Below, piece after piece: positions 1 to 13,700 of a DNA stretch of 64,000 bases (its first letter is position 1; each line of letters begins with the position of its first letter). The notes beneath the pieces are model-generated. The model searched no databases. It was not told the origin of the DNA and saw only the letters and a list, made by a program, of their open reading frames with translations. A program made the position numbers and the translations under genes. Source of the stretch: Okamejei kenojei (lineage: Eukaryota); NCBI GenBank assembly GCA_035221665.1, contig CM069163.1:23002001-23066000 (forward strand), written 5' to 3'.

Positions 1-13
1 TGATCCCTCACCA

Positions 14-140
14 GTCTGAAGAAGGGTCTCGACCCGAAACGTCGCCTATCTCCTTTGCTCCTTAGATGCTGCTGCACCCGCAGAGTTTCTCCAGCCTTTT
101 GTGTACCCTCGATTCTCCAGCATCTGCAGTTCCTCTTTAA
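14..140 (+). repeat. Penelope-derived short repeat with hammerhead-like core
   Basis: gtCTGAAGAagggtctcgacccGAAAcgtc...; same family as 53201-53331. Confidence 0.75.
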
Positions 141-1712
141 CATATTTCCTTCTTACGTTTTCTTTTGCTGATTATCCTGGGTTTCCTGTTGCCATGAGGA
201 TGGAATGGATATTGACAGTGATTTCTGTATAGTTCCTATTTACTCTATGTGTAAATATTCTTAATGCCATTTGCAAGTGAAGAACCCAGCCAATTCCTAA
301 AGGTTAGGGGAGAAAAAGTAGAGGGGATTGGCCCCTCAGGCTGCTCTTATGCACAAGATACTGTTCCTAAAAAGGCATTGGAAAATTATAGAATCTGAGT
401 TGGAATAGCTTATTAGTTCTTCAGCTTTAAGAAATACATACACCTTAATTACTTGGCCTTCACTGCCTTCATCCTCTGAGTGAAGAAGTTTCTCCTATCT
501 TAAGTTCTGACGAGTATATCTCAGGTTCTAGAATCACCACCATTACTAACATCCTCCCCGTATCTAGTTTATCTTGCCCTGTTAGAAGTTTATAGGGTTT
601 TATAATATGTCCTCTCATTCTTCCGTAATCCTTTGAATAGGCTCACTGACTTGATCTCCCCTCATGAATATGACTAGCCGTCCCAGGAACCAAGATTGCA
701 TGGAAAACTCTGGATAGGGTCACATCAAGGCCTAAGAGAGCTGCAGGGAGTAATTCCGGCTCCTATACTCTGGTCCTCTTGCGTGGGGTCTGCATGTTAT
801 CCCCGTGGCTGTGGGTTTGTTCCAGGTGTTTCAGTTTCCTCCTACATCCCAAAGTCATTTAGGCTTGTAGATTAATGTGATTTGCCCCAGTGTGTACAGA
901 GTGAATGCGAAAGTGACACAACATTGCTTTCAGCATTTAGTGTAACAGGACACTCAAGTTTTGTTGTGCTTTCTCTTTTCTCAAACTATCACCATTCAGA
1001 TAATAATTTGTATCTCTGTTTTTTGGAAGCTTGCAATTATCCCCATATGTTGCATTTGCCAACTCACCCATCTTTTCTAAATCACATTGGAGCACATTGC
1101 AGCCTACTCACAGCTCATACTACCCTCCCCCCCCCCCCCCCCCCCCCCCCAACAATTCAGGCTCTGTGTCATCTGCAAACATTGCAATATTACATTTAGT
1201 TATCTCATCCAAAACATTGTTATGTATTGTGAATAGTTGTGCCCAAGCACTGATTCATGCAGCATTCCACTCTATCTGCCACCCAGATAAAGACCATTGG
1301 GCAGAACATACAGCAGCTTGAAGCTTCACACCACCAAGTTTCGGAACAGTTACTTTTCAACAACTATCATGTCATTGAACCAACTTGTACAATCCTAATC
1401 CTACTTTAGCAACGGAACTCAACTGATTGCAAACAGAACTACCTACCATGGACTTGTTTTCAATTTGTGTATTTTTACATTCATGTCATTTTTTGCAGTC
1501 TTTTAAAACATTTTTTGCAGAGTTTATGTTTGTCTGAGTCCAACCGCTGTGATGCTGAACCTGTATCTCAATGAACGTGCATGTGACAATAACCTTGACG
1601 ATGAATTTAAATAGAAGAATGACAAAGAATATGGCAAATTCTTGCCTTGAATTAAGTGATAGGTTGGCCACTGATGACAAAAATTGTTAGCTGATTTTTC
1701 TTTTGTGTCTAG

Positions 1713-4700
1713 GAAAACAGGCGCTGAAACAATTGAAAGAATTAAAATTATTGAAGAAGCTTGATAAACAAAGGGCGGAGCAGGAGAAAACAATAGAGCA
1801 AATGAAAAAAAAAGAACTGAAAGGTACAAAAAAAGATTCAGAACATTGTAAATATAAGGGTATAATCTCTAAAATAACACAAAGCTGCCATATTTTCCAA
1901 TGTCTGCATATTTCTTTCTATTACCTCACAGTTGAGTGGATGGGCAGAAATTATGCTTCTTTTACGTTCATGTTATAGGAGTAGAATTAGGCCATTCGGC
2001 CTATCAAGAGTCTACTCCATTCAATCATGGTTGATCTCTGCCTCCTAATCCCATTTTCCTGCCTTCTCTCCATAACCCTTGACCGCTGTTCTAATCAAGA
2101 ATTTGTCTATCTCTGCCATAAAAATATCCACTGACTTGGCCTCCACAGCCTACTGTGGCAATGAGTTCCAAAGATTAACCACCCTCTGACTAAAGAAGTT
2201 CCTCCTCACCTCCTTTCTAAAAGAGCGCTCTTTAATTCTGAGGCTATGACCTCTGGTCCTAGACTCTCCCACCAGTAGAAACATCCTTTCCATATCCACT
2301 CTATGCCTTTCATTAGTTTGTAAGTTTCAATGAGGTCGCCCCTCAACTGTCTAAACTCCAGCAAGTAGAGGCCCAGTGCTTTTAAGTGCTTATCATATGC
2401 TAACCCGCTCATTCCGGAATAATTCTTGCAAAATCTCCTCTGGACCCTCTCCAGAGCCAGCACATCCTGCCTCAGATATGAGGCCCATATTTGCTCACAG
2501 TACTCCAAATGCGGCATGACCAGCACCTTATAGAACCTCAGCATTACATCTGAGTCAATATTATGGAGGAAAGTTGGGCATATAGCCCATCTACAGTGCC
2601 TTCCCTATGATTAATGTTGTAAACAAGGGGTGCAAAATGTAGTTATCAAGAAACATGCAATAATTTTTTGATTATGTCACTAAAATCACCTTTAACAGGG
2701 CCAATTGATGCTTGATTATTTTAAAAGAAATATTTGCAGATTTTCTGTCGTCTGATAATTGTAGTTTACAATCAAATGCTAGAGATATACATGACTCGCA
2801 GATGAAACATAAAGTAAATATTCTTTCATCTTAAGTAAAATTATTGTTGTAAAATAAGGTGTTTAGTTAAAGCAGTTTTTGATTCCTGTTGGAACTGATA
2901 AAGCTATCATCTTTTCCACAGCTTCAGCCAGCAGTACAGGACCAGCAATAAGAATGCTCTACCATTAATGACAATAACCTGAAGAAATGTTTAACATGTG
3001 GGAAAAGAAATCATAAAAATGTTATTCAGATTGTTTGTTCATATTTTTAAACAATTATACACAGGCTGAAAATTTTATATCTAAAACAAGTATATACAAT
3101 TTAAAATTTTACCCTTGGTAAATTCTTTACGAAGAATCCATTAAGGCCTTCACCATTCTGCATTAAGAATTATTAAGCAGTTCCGTAATACAGTCCACTG
3201 TGCCAATTAGCATCTATTTTATGATATATACTGATCATTTTTATATTTTATAGGTCGACTGCATACTATTAGTGTGGCATTACCAGGGTCCGTTCTGGAC
3301 AATGCCCAATCTCCAGAATTCAGGACATATTTGGCTGGACAGATAGCTCGTGCCTGTACGGTGTTCAGCGTGGATGAAATTGTAGTCTTTGATGAACAAG
3401 GAGAAGATGCAAAGTAAGATGACTCAGAAATATTAATTACTTGTACCTCATGGCGAACATGTACACATTTAATTATGCAATGTACAAGAAATGTTTGAAG
3501 GTTAGATGTTTCAAACTTTACAGTCTTTTGATTCCTAGTTATGAGGTAAAGTTTATTTCTAATTCATGTGGACTTAGAAAATAGCTGTGGTCTGATCTGT
3601 TTGTTTCAGCTTTCCTATTGTATGCATATATAAAACAGAACAAAGATACTGAAGGAGGCCATTCGCTGTCTTAAACCTGATTCTTTATATCTCTACTATT
3701 CCGTGCATAAAACATACTGACCTATGTTTTCCACATATCTCTTAATATAGATACCTAAAAATTCCCACCAGCTGATCCATATCACCACATAATCCATTAA
3801 TGTTTTGAGGGAATAGATACAGATCTTCACTAACCTTTGCATATTTTATTTAGAAGCTGCTTCCTGAATACTTTCATATATAGTATAGTTGTAATTTTAA
3901 TCTTTGTCTTGCATAACCCCACAGAAGAGATAGTTTTTCTGTATCATCCTCCTCCAATCTTTTTAACATTTTCAATAGCTTAGGACCAATCTTCCCTTGA
4001 TCTTTTAAACTCGGCATAGTTTCTGTGGATTAAGAAATAAAGAAGATTCCAGGGCAGTGCAAATGTTGACACTTATACTGATTGGAGCTAGCCATATGAT
4101 TATTAATTTGCACTTGCATAGCACTTTTATTAAGTGATAATCAACATGATGACATAAGATATGGTAGTGTTTGATTATTGAGAGTGCTTCATTGGAACCT
4201 ATCTTTGTAAATACAGAACTGTGGAAGGCGAATTTGGTGGAATTGGAAGGAAAGGACATGCCAATGTTCAACTTGCACGAATCCTGCAGTACCTTGAATG
4301 TCCACAGTGAGTCACTTTGGAGTAAAAGTGTGTTTTTAGTTCGGAAACAAGAGCAGCAAAACAGATCCTTTACTATTTATTTAAAAGTTATCTCAAAAGT
4401 GTTCCTCAGAAGTGAAATGAGACAAAAGTTAATATTGAGCCAAACAAAGAGGTATAAATAAGGGATACTAAAAGCTTACTCTAAATTTTGCGTGTTTTAA
4501 AGGACACGAGAGAGACAAACACCTTTAAGAAAATAATTCATGATCTTAGACATAGGAGGTAGCTGAAAAGTGTCCACATTTATTTTACATTAGATCATTT
4601 AGGACATTGCTGGAGAGAAATTGTTTGGTTCACATAGATCATTGGCCAAATCTTATTGCCCACAGTTTAATACATCAGACCCAGTTTCCCTCAGTGGGTC

Positions 4701-7700
4701 TTTCTGGTGCAAGACCTTCCTCAGAGGTAGGAACTATCAAAATTAATTCAGTGTTGAGACTCCATACTAAAGGAATACAGTCTATAGTTCGACAAGGTAT
4801 ACAAACCACCAAACAGCAGTAGGGAGATTGGGGATAGCATCAAGGAGGAAATTAGGGATGTGTGTAGCAAAGGTACAGTGGTTATTATGGGTGACATCTA
4901 CATATAGATTGGGCCAACCAAATTGGTAACAGTGCTGAAGAGGAGGATTTTGTGGAATGTATACGGGATGGATTTGTAAACCAATACATAGAGGAACTGA
5001 CCAGAGGGCAGGCCATCCTAGACTGGGTATTGTGTAATGCGGAAGGATTAGATAGCGATCTTGTTGTGCAAGGTCCCTTGTTGGAATTTTGCATTAGGAT
5101 GGAGAGTGACACGGTTGATTCAGAGACTAGGGTCCCGAACTTGAATAAAGGAGACTGAAGTTATGAGACGGGAATTAGCTAGGATAGACTGGCAAATTAT
5201 AATTAAACCATGGAGATGCAATGGCAAAGATTTAAACACCGCATGAATGAACTCCAGAATTGTTCATCCCTGTCTGGCAAAAAAATAAATCTGGGAAGGC
5301 TGACGAGGGAAATCAAGGATAGTGTTAAAGCTAAGGAAGAGGCATAGAAATTGGCCAGAAGAAGTGGCAAACCAGAGGACTGGGAGAAGTTTAGAACTTA
5401 ACAGAGGAGGACAAAGGGGTTAATTAAGAGGGGGCAAAAAGAGCATGAAAGAACACTTGCGGGGAATATAAAAACTGTCGGTAAAAGTTTATTTAGGTAT
5501 GTAAAAAGGAAAAGATTAGTGAAAACGAATGTAAGTCCCTTACAGTCAGAGACAGCTGAATTTATATTGGGGAAACTGGCAGAACAGTTAAACGAGAACT
5601 TTGGTTCTGTCTTCACTAAGGAAGACCCATCCAATCTCTCGGAAATATTAGGGGACAGAGGATCTAATGGGAGGAACTGTAGGGAATCCACTTTAGTCAG
5701 AAAATGGTGTTAGGTAAACTGTTGGGACTAAAGGAAAATAAATCCCAGGGCCTGATGGCCTGCATCCCAGAGTACTCAAGGAGGTGGCCCTAGAAATCAT
5801 GGATGCATTGGTGATTATTTTTCAATGTTTTCTCGAGCCTGGATTAGTTCCTGTGGACTGGAGGGTAGCCAATGTAACTCCACTTAAAAAAAGGGGGAGG
5901 GAGAGAAAATGGGGAATTATAGACCTGTTAGCCATACATCGGTATTGGGGAAGATGCTGGAGTCGATTATTAAAGATGTTAAAGCAGAGTACTTGGAAAG
6001 CAGTGATGGGATCGGTCAAAGTCAGCATGGATGTATGAAGGGGAAATCATGCTTGACTATTCTTTTGGAATTTTTTGAGGATGTAACAAGTAGAATGGAT
6101 TAGGGAGAGCCAATGGATGTGGTGTATCTGGACTTTCAAAAAGTATTGACAAGGTCCCACACAAGAGATTGGTGTGCAAAATTAGAGCACATGGTATTGG
6201 GGGTAGGGTATTGACATAGATAGAGAACTGGTTGGCAGACAGGAAGCAAATAGTAGGAATTAACAGGTCCTTTTCAGAATGGCAGGCAGTGACTAGTGGG
6301 GTGCCGCAAAGCTCGGTGCTGGGATTCCAGTTGTTTACAATACATATTAACGATTTAGACAAGGGAATTAAATGTGACATCTCTAAATTTGCGAATGACA
6401 CAAAGCTGGGTGGCAGTGTGAGCTGCGAGGAGGATGCTATGAGGCTTTAGGGAAACTTGGATAGGTTGGGTGAGTGGGCAGATGCATGGCAGATGCAGAA
6501 TAATGTGGATAAATGTGAGGCTATCCACTTTGGTGGCAAGAACAGGAAGGCAGATTATTATCTGAATGGTGTCAGATTAGGAGAAGGGGAGGATCTTCGA
6601 GACCTGGGTGTCCTTGTACATCGGTCACTGAAAGTAAGCATGCAGGTACAGCTGGCAGTGAAGAAAGCCACTGCAAGAGGATTTGAGTTTAGGAGCAAGG
6701 AGGTCCCACTGCAATTGTACAGGGCCCTGGTGAGAACGCACCTGGAGTATTGTGTGCAATTATGGTCTCCTAAACCAGGAAGGACATTATTGCTATTGAG
6801 TGAGTGCAGCGTAGGTTCACCAGGTTAATTTCCGGGATGGTGGGACTGGCATATGATGAAAGAATGGATCGACTGGGCTTGTATTTGTTGGAATTTAAGG
6901 ATGAGAGGGGATCTTATAGAAACATATAAACATTTTAAAGGATTGAACAGGGTAGATGCAGGAAAAATGTTTCCGATGTTGGGAGAGTCCAGAACCAGGG
7001 GTCACAGTTTAAGAATAAGGGGTAGGCCATTTAGGACTGAGATGGAGAAAAACCTTTTCATCCAGACAGTGGTGAATCTGTGGAATTCTCTGCCACAGAA
7101 GGCAGTGGAGGCCAAATCACTGGATGTTTTCAAGCAAGAGTTAGATTTAGCTCTTATGGCTAAGGGATTCAAGGGATATGGGGGAAAAGCCAGACTAGGG
7201 TACTGATTTTGGATGATCAGCCATGATCATATTGAATGGTGATGCTGGCTTGAAGGGCCGAATGGACTACTCCTGCACCTATTTTCTATGTTTCCCAGTT
7301 CTCATACACAAACACTGATTGGGACTTGTATTGTAGAAACCAACCACCAAGGTTTGCTTTAAATGTAGAGCATATGCATTTTTCTCTATGACGTTTAGCT
7401 GTACATTAACATGTGCTTTGTGTGTAAACAGGTACCTAAGGAAATGCTTCTTTCCAAAACATCGGGATCTAGAGTTTGCAGGTAAGCAAGTCTGTTATGA
7501 TGCCATATGGTGGCCGCATATTACAAATAGAATAAGTAACTTGCATACCAGTGAGATAGATGGATGTGTGTAGTTTTGTTGTGCTTGTCTGGCTGCCATT
7601 TTACCTACATAACTGTGGAAGTGTTTTGGGATATCACAAAGAATGCTAAAGTATTTCAAAATTATTTCTGTGTTTTATTATTAATGAATGAAAGTAATTC

Positions 7701-10700
7701 AAAAGCAACTATTGGGAAGATGCTGCATTGTGGAAGTCAGTCACTACCACCTTGTGTGGTTGCACTAACTGGCATGGCAGCATTTAAGAGAAAGGTGGAT
7801 AAGCACAAATGAGGAAGGACAAGTGTTTAAATTGTATTGACATTAATTACCATCAATTTATATTGGGTGGCTTTTCCTCGTTAAATCTGTTACCTGGGAA
7901 CCTTGTAAACTTTCTGAGTGCCGTGTGGAATACAGCAGCTGTTTGTAGGCAAGGGTTTGCATGGCGAAGGTCTTATTGAAAGCTGTGGCTATTGTTGCAG
8001 AGTTGTTAAAACCAAGTACATAATTCCATCTGATGTGGCAATATTGAAATAGTGGTCTGGTGTTTGTAAATGGGATGGAGCTGTATTTCACAGCTCAATG
8101 CAGTACAGTAGTACTGTATGGTTATCCCTTTGTTACTGGTTAGCTTTTGTCACTGTTTAAGTTTATCAATATGTATTCCATTTGCCTTGGCACAGAAACA
8201 AACTACTGTCTACTGTTTAACAATACCGTTGAACAATAATAACACCTCTATCAGCACCAGAATTCAGGCAGACCCAACTATATTGGATATCGTAGATCTA
8301 CATTTGTGAAACCTGGAGTTCATATGTACTCCATAGAGGGTACATACTTCATATAGGGAAAAGAGACAATTTATGAGGATGTTGCCAAGACTAGAGGGAA
8401 CTACAGGGAAAAGTTGAGTAGGCTGGGACTCTATTGCCTGGAGCGCAGAAGGATGAGGTGTATAAAATCATGAGAGGACTAGATCGGGTAGATGTACAGA
8501 GTCTCTTTACCAGAGGTGTTTAATCGAGGACCAGAGGACATAGGTTTAAGGTGAACGAGAAAAGATTTAATAGAAATCTGAGTGGTAACTTTTTCACTCA
8601 AAGGTTTCCACACTGTATCACTCTATGACTCGACATCTAAACACTTGTTTTGAAAGTGATACAAGATTAGAAATTACTGCACTCTGTCCAAATCTGGAAA
8701 AGACACATTTTTAGTCATTACAAACTGGGGTGAATAGATATTCTTTCCAAAGGCATGAATAGGTCTCCTGTATTTGAAATCTCAGGAATAGTATGGTGGT
8801 GCAGCTATTAATTCTGCTACCTCATAGCTCCAGTTACTTGGGTTTGATCATGGCCTCTGCTGCTGTGAGTGTGGAGTTTGTACTTTCTCCCACCATGTGG
8901 ATTCTTCCTGATGCTCTGGTTTTCTTTCCCCATCCCAAATTAACCCTGGTAAGTTAATTCATTATTGTAAATGATCCTGCAGTATGGATAAATGGCAAAA
9001 GGATTTTAAAAAAAAGAGTTAATGTGTATGAATAAGATGAGGGGAATGGGATGTTAGGGTTGGTTGGTGGGGGCTGGCACGGATTCAATGAGCCAAATGA
9101 CTCTCCTGTGTTGTAATAATAATTAACCTGCTAATTCTCTTGGGTGCTGCATGGATCCCCAGGTTGGGGCCATGGCCCAACCCAAGGAACAGGAGATTCC
9201 ACACGCAGAACATTGTAGCAGAGGCGTATGCTGATGAAAGAAGTGGCACAGCTAGTGGAGCTGCTGCCTGCAGCACCAGAGAGCTGGTTTCAATCCTGTT
9301 CTTGGGCGCTGTCTGCGTGGGATTTGCATGTTCTCCCTGTGACCGGTTGTTCCGGTTTTTCTCATATGCCAAAGACAAGTGGGTTTGTAAGTTAATTGGC
9401 TTCTGTAAAATTCCACTAATGTATAGGGGATGGATGAGAAAGTGGGATAATATAGAACTAGTGTGAGCGAAGGTCGGAATGGACTCGGTGGGCCTGACTT
9501 CACGCTGTATCTCTAAACTAAATCAATTAAAAGATAAATTAATGAATATTTTCACCTGCATTATGATTTTCTTTGAAGCCTGTACGTGCCAGCAGCAGGT
9601 ACTGCCACTGGAAGTCATCGCTTAGTATGGAACCATCGGACTTTTCCATATTTTTTTCCTCCACTCACACTTCGCATATTAAAAACTGGGTATCTCATTT
9701 TCCCCAGTTATTATTAAATCGATACATTAACTGTTTTGTCCTCTATGAATGCTGAATATTTCTATAATTTTCTGCTTTTATTAAAGATTACCAGCATTTG
9801 CAATATTTTTCTCTGAGATGTATTTCTGCACATTATGTTCTAGGGGTCCTGAATCCGTTGGACAGCCCACACCATCTGAGGATTGATGATGATGCAGAAT
9901 ATCGGGAGGGAGTGGTTGTTGATAGGCCTTCTAAGCCCGGGAAAGGATCGTTTGTCAACTGTGGCTTGAGAAAGGTTTGTATAAGGATCCAAATTCATGC
10001 AATTTCTGATTTCAATGCATACAAAGCACTGTAGCTTGTTTTCGTTGCATCGTTCCTAAAAGTTGGCAGGAGATCTGAATAAGTTGCTGATCAGATTGTA
10101 AATCAGTCATGCTAATGAGTAGTTATACCAACTAATCAGACTGTAATGATAATGTGAGGCAAGGTAAAGAGAAGCTCATTGTTTCCTGGCCTATGTGGAA
10201 ACTCTTTGAAAGAACAATCCCACTTCCCTGCCTCCAAATGTATCCTCTTTTTCATTTGGCGAACATTACTTCATGAGATTCTTGAACTGGAATTTCAGTT
10301 TTGCTTTTTGTAATTTAAACTAGGAAGTGCAGATTGACAAACAACTTCAAGCTGGCCTCCGTGTTACAGTTCGTTTACACAAGATGGATAATCCAGGTAA
10401 AAGGACCAGGACATGCTGGTTATATCTGGGTGTATATATTTGATTCTATAATGCTGGATAAAATCTCAATGTATTTTCTTGAAGCATTCTTTGGGTGTTG
10501 TACCTGTAGAGTAACATTTTTAACTTTGTAAATTTCTCTGTATTTCCCGGACCATTGAAATATATAGTTAGGAATAGGACACAAAATGACTAATATAATA
10601 TTAGTGTTTATAATTAGACCACTGTTTAAAACTTCAAGCATTTTGCTACAAACTCCGTTAATCCTCATTGGTAATATTTTTTACAGTGTGACAGTGGCAG

Positions 10701-13700
10701 ATGAATTCCACTGGCTCCTAAAAAAAAAAAATCACTCCTAATGTGTAAGGATAACATTGAACTATTGTGAATGTGTGATCGATGGTCAGTGTGGACTCAG
10801 TAGACCAAAGGGCCTGTTACCATGCTGTATCTCTTTAAAAAAAACCCTCCTGATTGAGTAAGAAGGGTGTTAATTTTATAAGTGTTACGTCCCCATGAGC
10901 TGGAGCAGTTAAAAGGGTCCCAAACCATCGGCCATCAGCTTATCATGCATGTGGTACAGGCACATTCCTGTAGAAAAGATATATTGAGCAGGAGTGCAGT
11001 CCAAATTTACCAGGGAACCCAAGTCATAGGGGCACATCATCAGGAGACACAAGGAACTGCAAATGCTGAAGTCTTGAGCAAAACACAAAGTGCTGGAGGA
11101 GCACTGGGTCAAGCAGGATTGGATAGATGAACTTTCGGATTGGGACCCTTCAGACTGATTGCATTAAAATTGTGTGGGGAAAGCTGGAAAAATGATGTGG
11201 GAGTGGTTCATACCCTGGCAAGTGATAGGTGAATACAGGTGAGGGGGTTTTAGATGGCAGATGGGTGTCACTTATTCCACTTGGCCTATCCATTCTCCCC
11301 ACACAGATGCTTCTGACCTACTGAGTTCCTCCAGCACTTTGGGTTTTGGCAGGATCATATACAAGACTTGTAAAACTAGAATGTTAAGGGTCTGTCCCAC
11401 TTTCCCGAGTTACTCACAAATTCTCCCTAGTTTTCCCCTTGATTCAAACTCGGAGAATGTCCGTAACGAGTCCGTGGATATATCGTAGCGGCTCGTTATG
11501 CCAGCCGTAGGTACACGGGGCTATTTCTTTACACGAGGACATTTTTCATCAGGCCAAAAAAATGTCCCGACTTACCTGATGCCCCTGTATATCTACGGAC
11601 TCGTTACGGACATTCTCCGAGTATGAATCAAGGGGTAAATGCGGGAGAATTCGTGAGTAACTCGGGAAAGTGGGACAGGCCCTTTAAGAGGAGTGAATGG
11701 ATCTGTAACTAAGATTTGAAAGGAGCTGCAAATGCAAATATAGTAAAGATAATATTTTTCATTGGTGCGGAATCAACAGAGGTAGGCTTTTGGGTAGGCC
11801 TAAGAGGCATTTGGGGAGACAACATTCACACAAAAAGCTTGACCAGAGTTCGATTAATACTTTTAAATCCAGACAATAGATTTTTGGTAGACTAATTTAT
11901 AAAAGTCAAGGCAGATAAAGGACATTTTCAGGGCTGCCATCTCAGTGAATAGTGCAACAATTCAATGGGCTAGAGCACTATGATCTTTGATTCCAATTAA
12001 TGTGGTATTTTAGAACACAGTGTCTGTCACAAATAGAGACAATTTATTTCCATAGTTTTTTTTTCACCATTCCTGTTATTTAGAATTTAATCCTTTTGGG
12101 TTTTTTTTGCCGCTTTTGAAATAACTGACTGTTGGAATATTACTGCACCAGAATTATGTTCTATTTACCATTGCTTGGAAACGGATTACGTGCTATTGCA
12201 GCAGCAAGATTTTTTTATAGTCAAGTGTCTTTCATTTACTGTTCTGAAAAGAGGTATAGTTTCTTGAAGGACCACATTATTCTGAAAGCCATTCTTCTAA
12301 ATGTTTTCAGAGACCAAAGTTTTGAAGGGTTCAGTTATCGCCCCTGACGTTCCCCGAATGGAGTCTGGTCTGTACTGGGGTTACACAGTTCGTCTTGCTT
12401 CTTGCCTCAGTGAGTTCTAAATCTGTATTTGGATCTTGTAGATATTACCCATGGACAACATTTTAAAATGGGAAAAGGCCTGACTGTCTGTGTTTGGTAG
12501 GTTCGGTATTTACAGAGTGCCCATTTGAGGGTGGCTACGATCTTACAATCGGTACATCTGAGCGAGGGTCAGACATTGACAGCACGATATTTCCCACATT
12601 CAGGTAAGATGTTCTGCTGTGTGCCCCTACTAGGAGAAGTAATCCTTTAATCTGTTACTCTGGCGACTGCAGATGTTCAGGAAAAGCTGCAAATTCACTT
12701 ACTTTATTTAATAACCTTTTCTGTGTTGAGTGCCATTTATAGAATCTATTTTTAACACATTCATTGTGGTTTTCTTGATTTGTTTCTGTTCTCAGCAATG
12801 TTCTTCAATCTACAATTTACCTGTCACATAACCCCTCCAAAATAAAGTGTTCTAACTCTTCTGCACTACCTTCTCTGATAGATATATTGGCATATTATAA
12901 GCAGGATGTAATCATCTAATCTGCCCACCCAAAATTGCAATGAAAAGATGAGGCCCATTCCAGAAATCATTTTATTTTCAGGCAAAGACAGGCTGTTGGC
13001 ATCTGCTTCTGACAACCCCTTCCAATCTGTAGGGTCCCCATATCTAATAGGACAAATGGGGGGGAAAAAAGGTCCTGCAAGCTGGTTCCAACATTCAGTA
13101 AGGCCTCAGCTCAAATGTATTTGGCTGCTCCTCCGTTTTTGTGTCCAAAATACACATCCCGTCACCCCCACTGGTTCTAGGGAAATTCGTCCTCCTTTTG
13201 CATCTACCTGTGAATTCATTTTGATCTAGTATGTTTCATTGAGCTTGCCTAAATAAAATAAACTAAATTGAGTATACGTAAGCATTTCTCTGCTTCTCTT
13301 CATAGGACCACTTTTCATCTTGGGCATCAATGTAGTAACTCCAAAGAATGTACAATATTTAGAAAGAAAGGCAAAGCTGCATGCAGCATTCCAAAATCAG
13401 CCTTGCCAAAGATTTGTGCAATATCGCTAAGATTTTCTTATCCACACTTCCACAGAACACCATTTACCTGCTCCGCCTGTATGTTTACTTTTTCTTAAGG
13501 CCACAATTGAGTTACCAATGTTATGATACTACAATTTTGTAGCTTTCTGCTACAAACCCACTTACGATCAATCAAACTTCACCAAGCATTTTTTAAGATG
13601 GCAGTTGTATTTTTTATGTTTCACTTTTTGGGAAGTAATTATACAGGGCTATTATTCTATTCTCAACCTTTTTACAGGATTTAACTCATCGTATGTATTT

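Noticed and set aside
882-1321. Poly-proline ORFs
   Set aside because: Produced by a C homopolymer at ~1127-1150
9243-9320. tRNA gene-like A/B boxes
   Set aside because: They are heads of tRNA-derived SINEs; no cloverleaf
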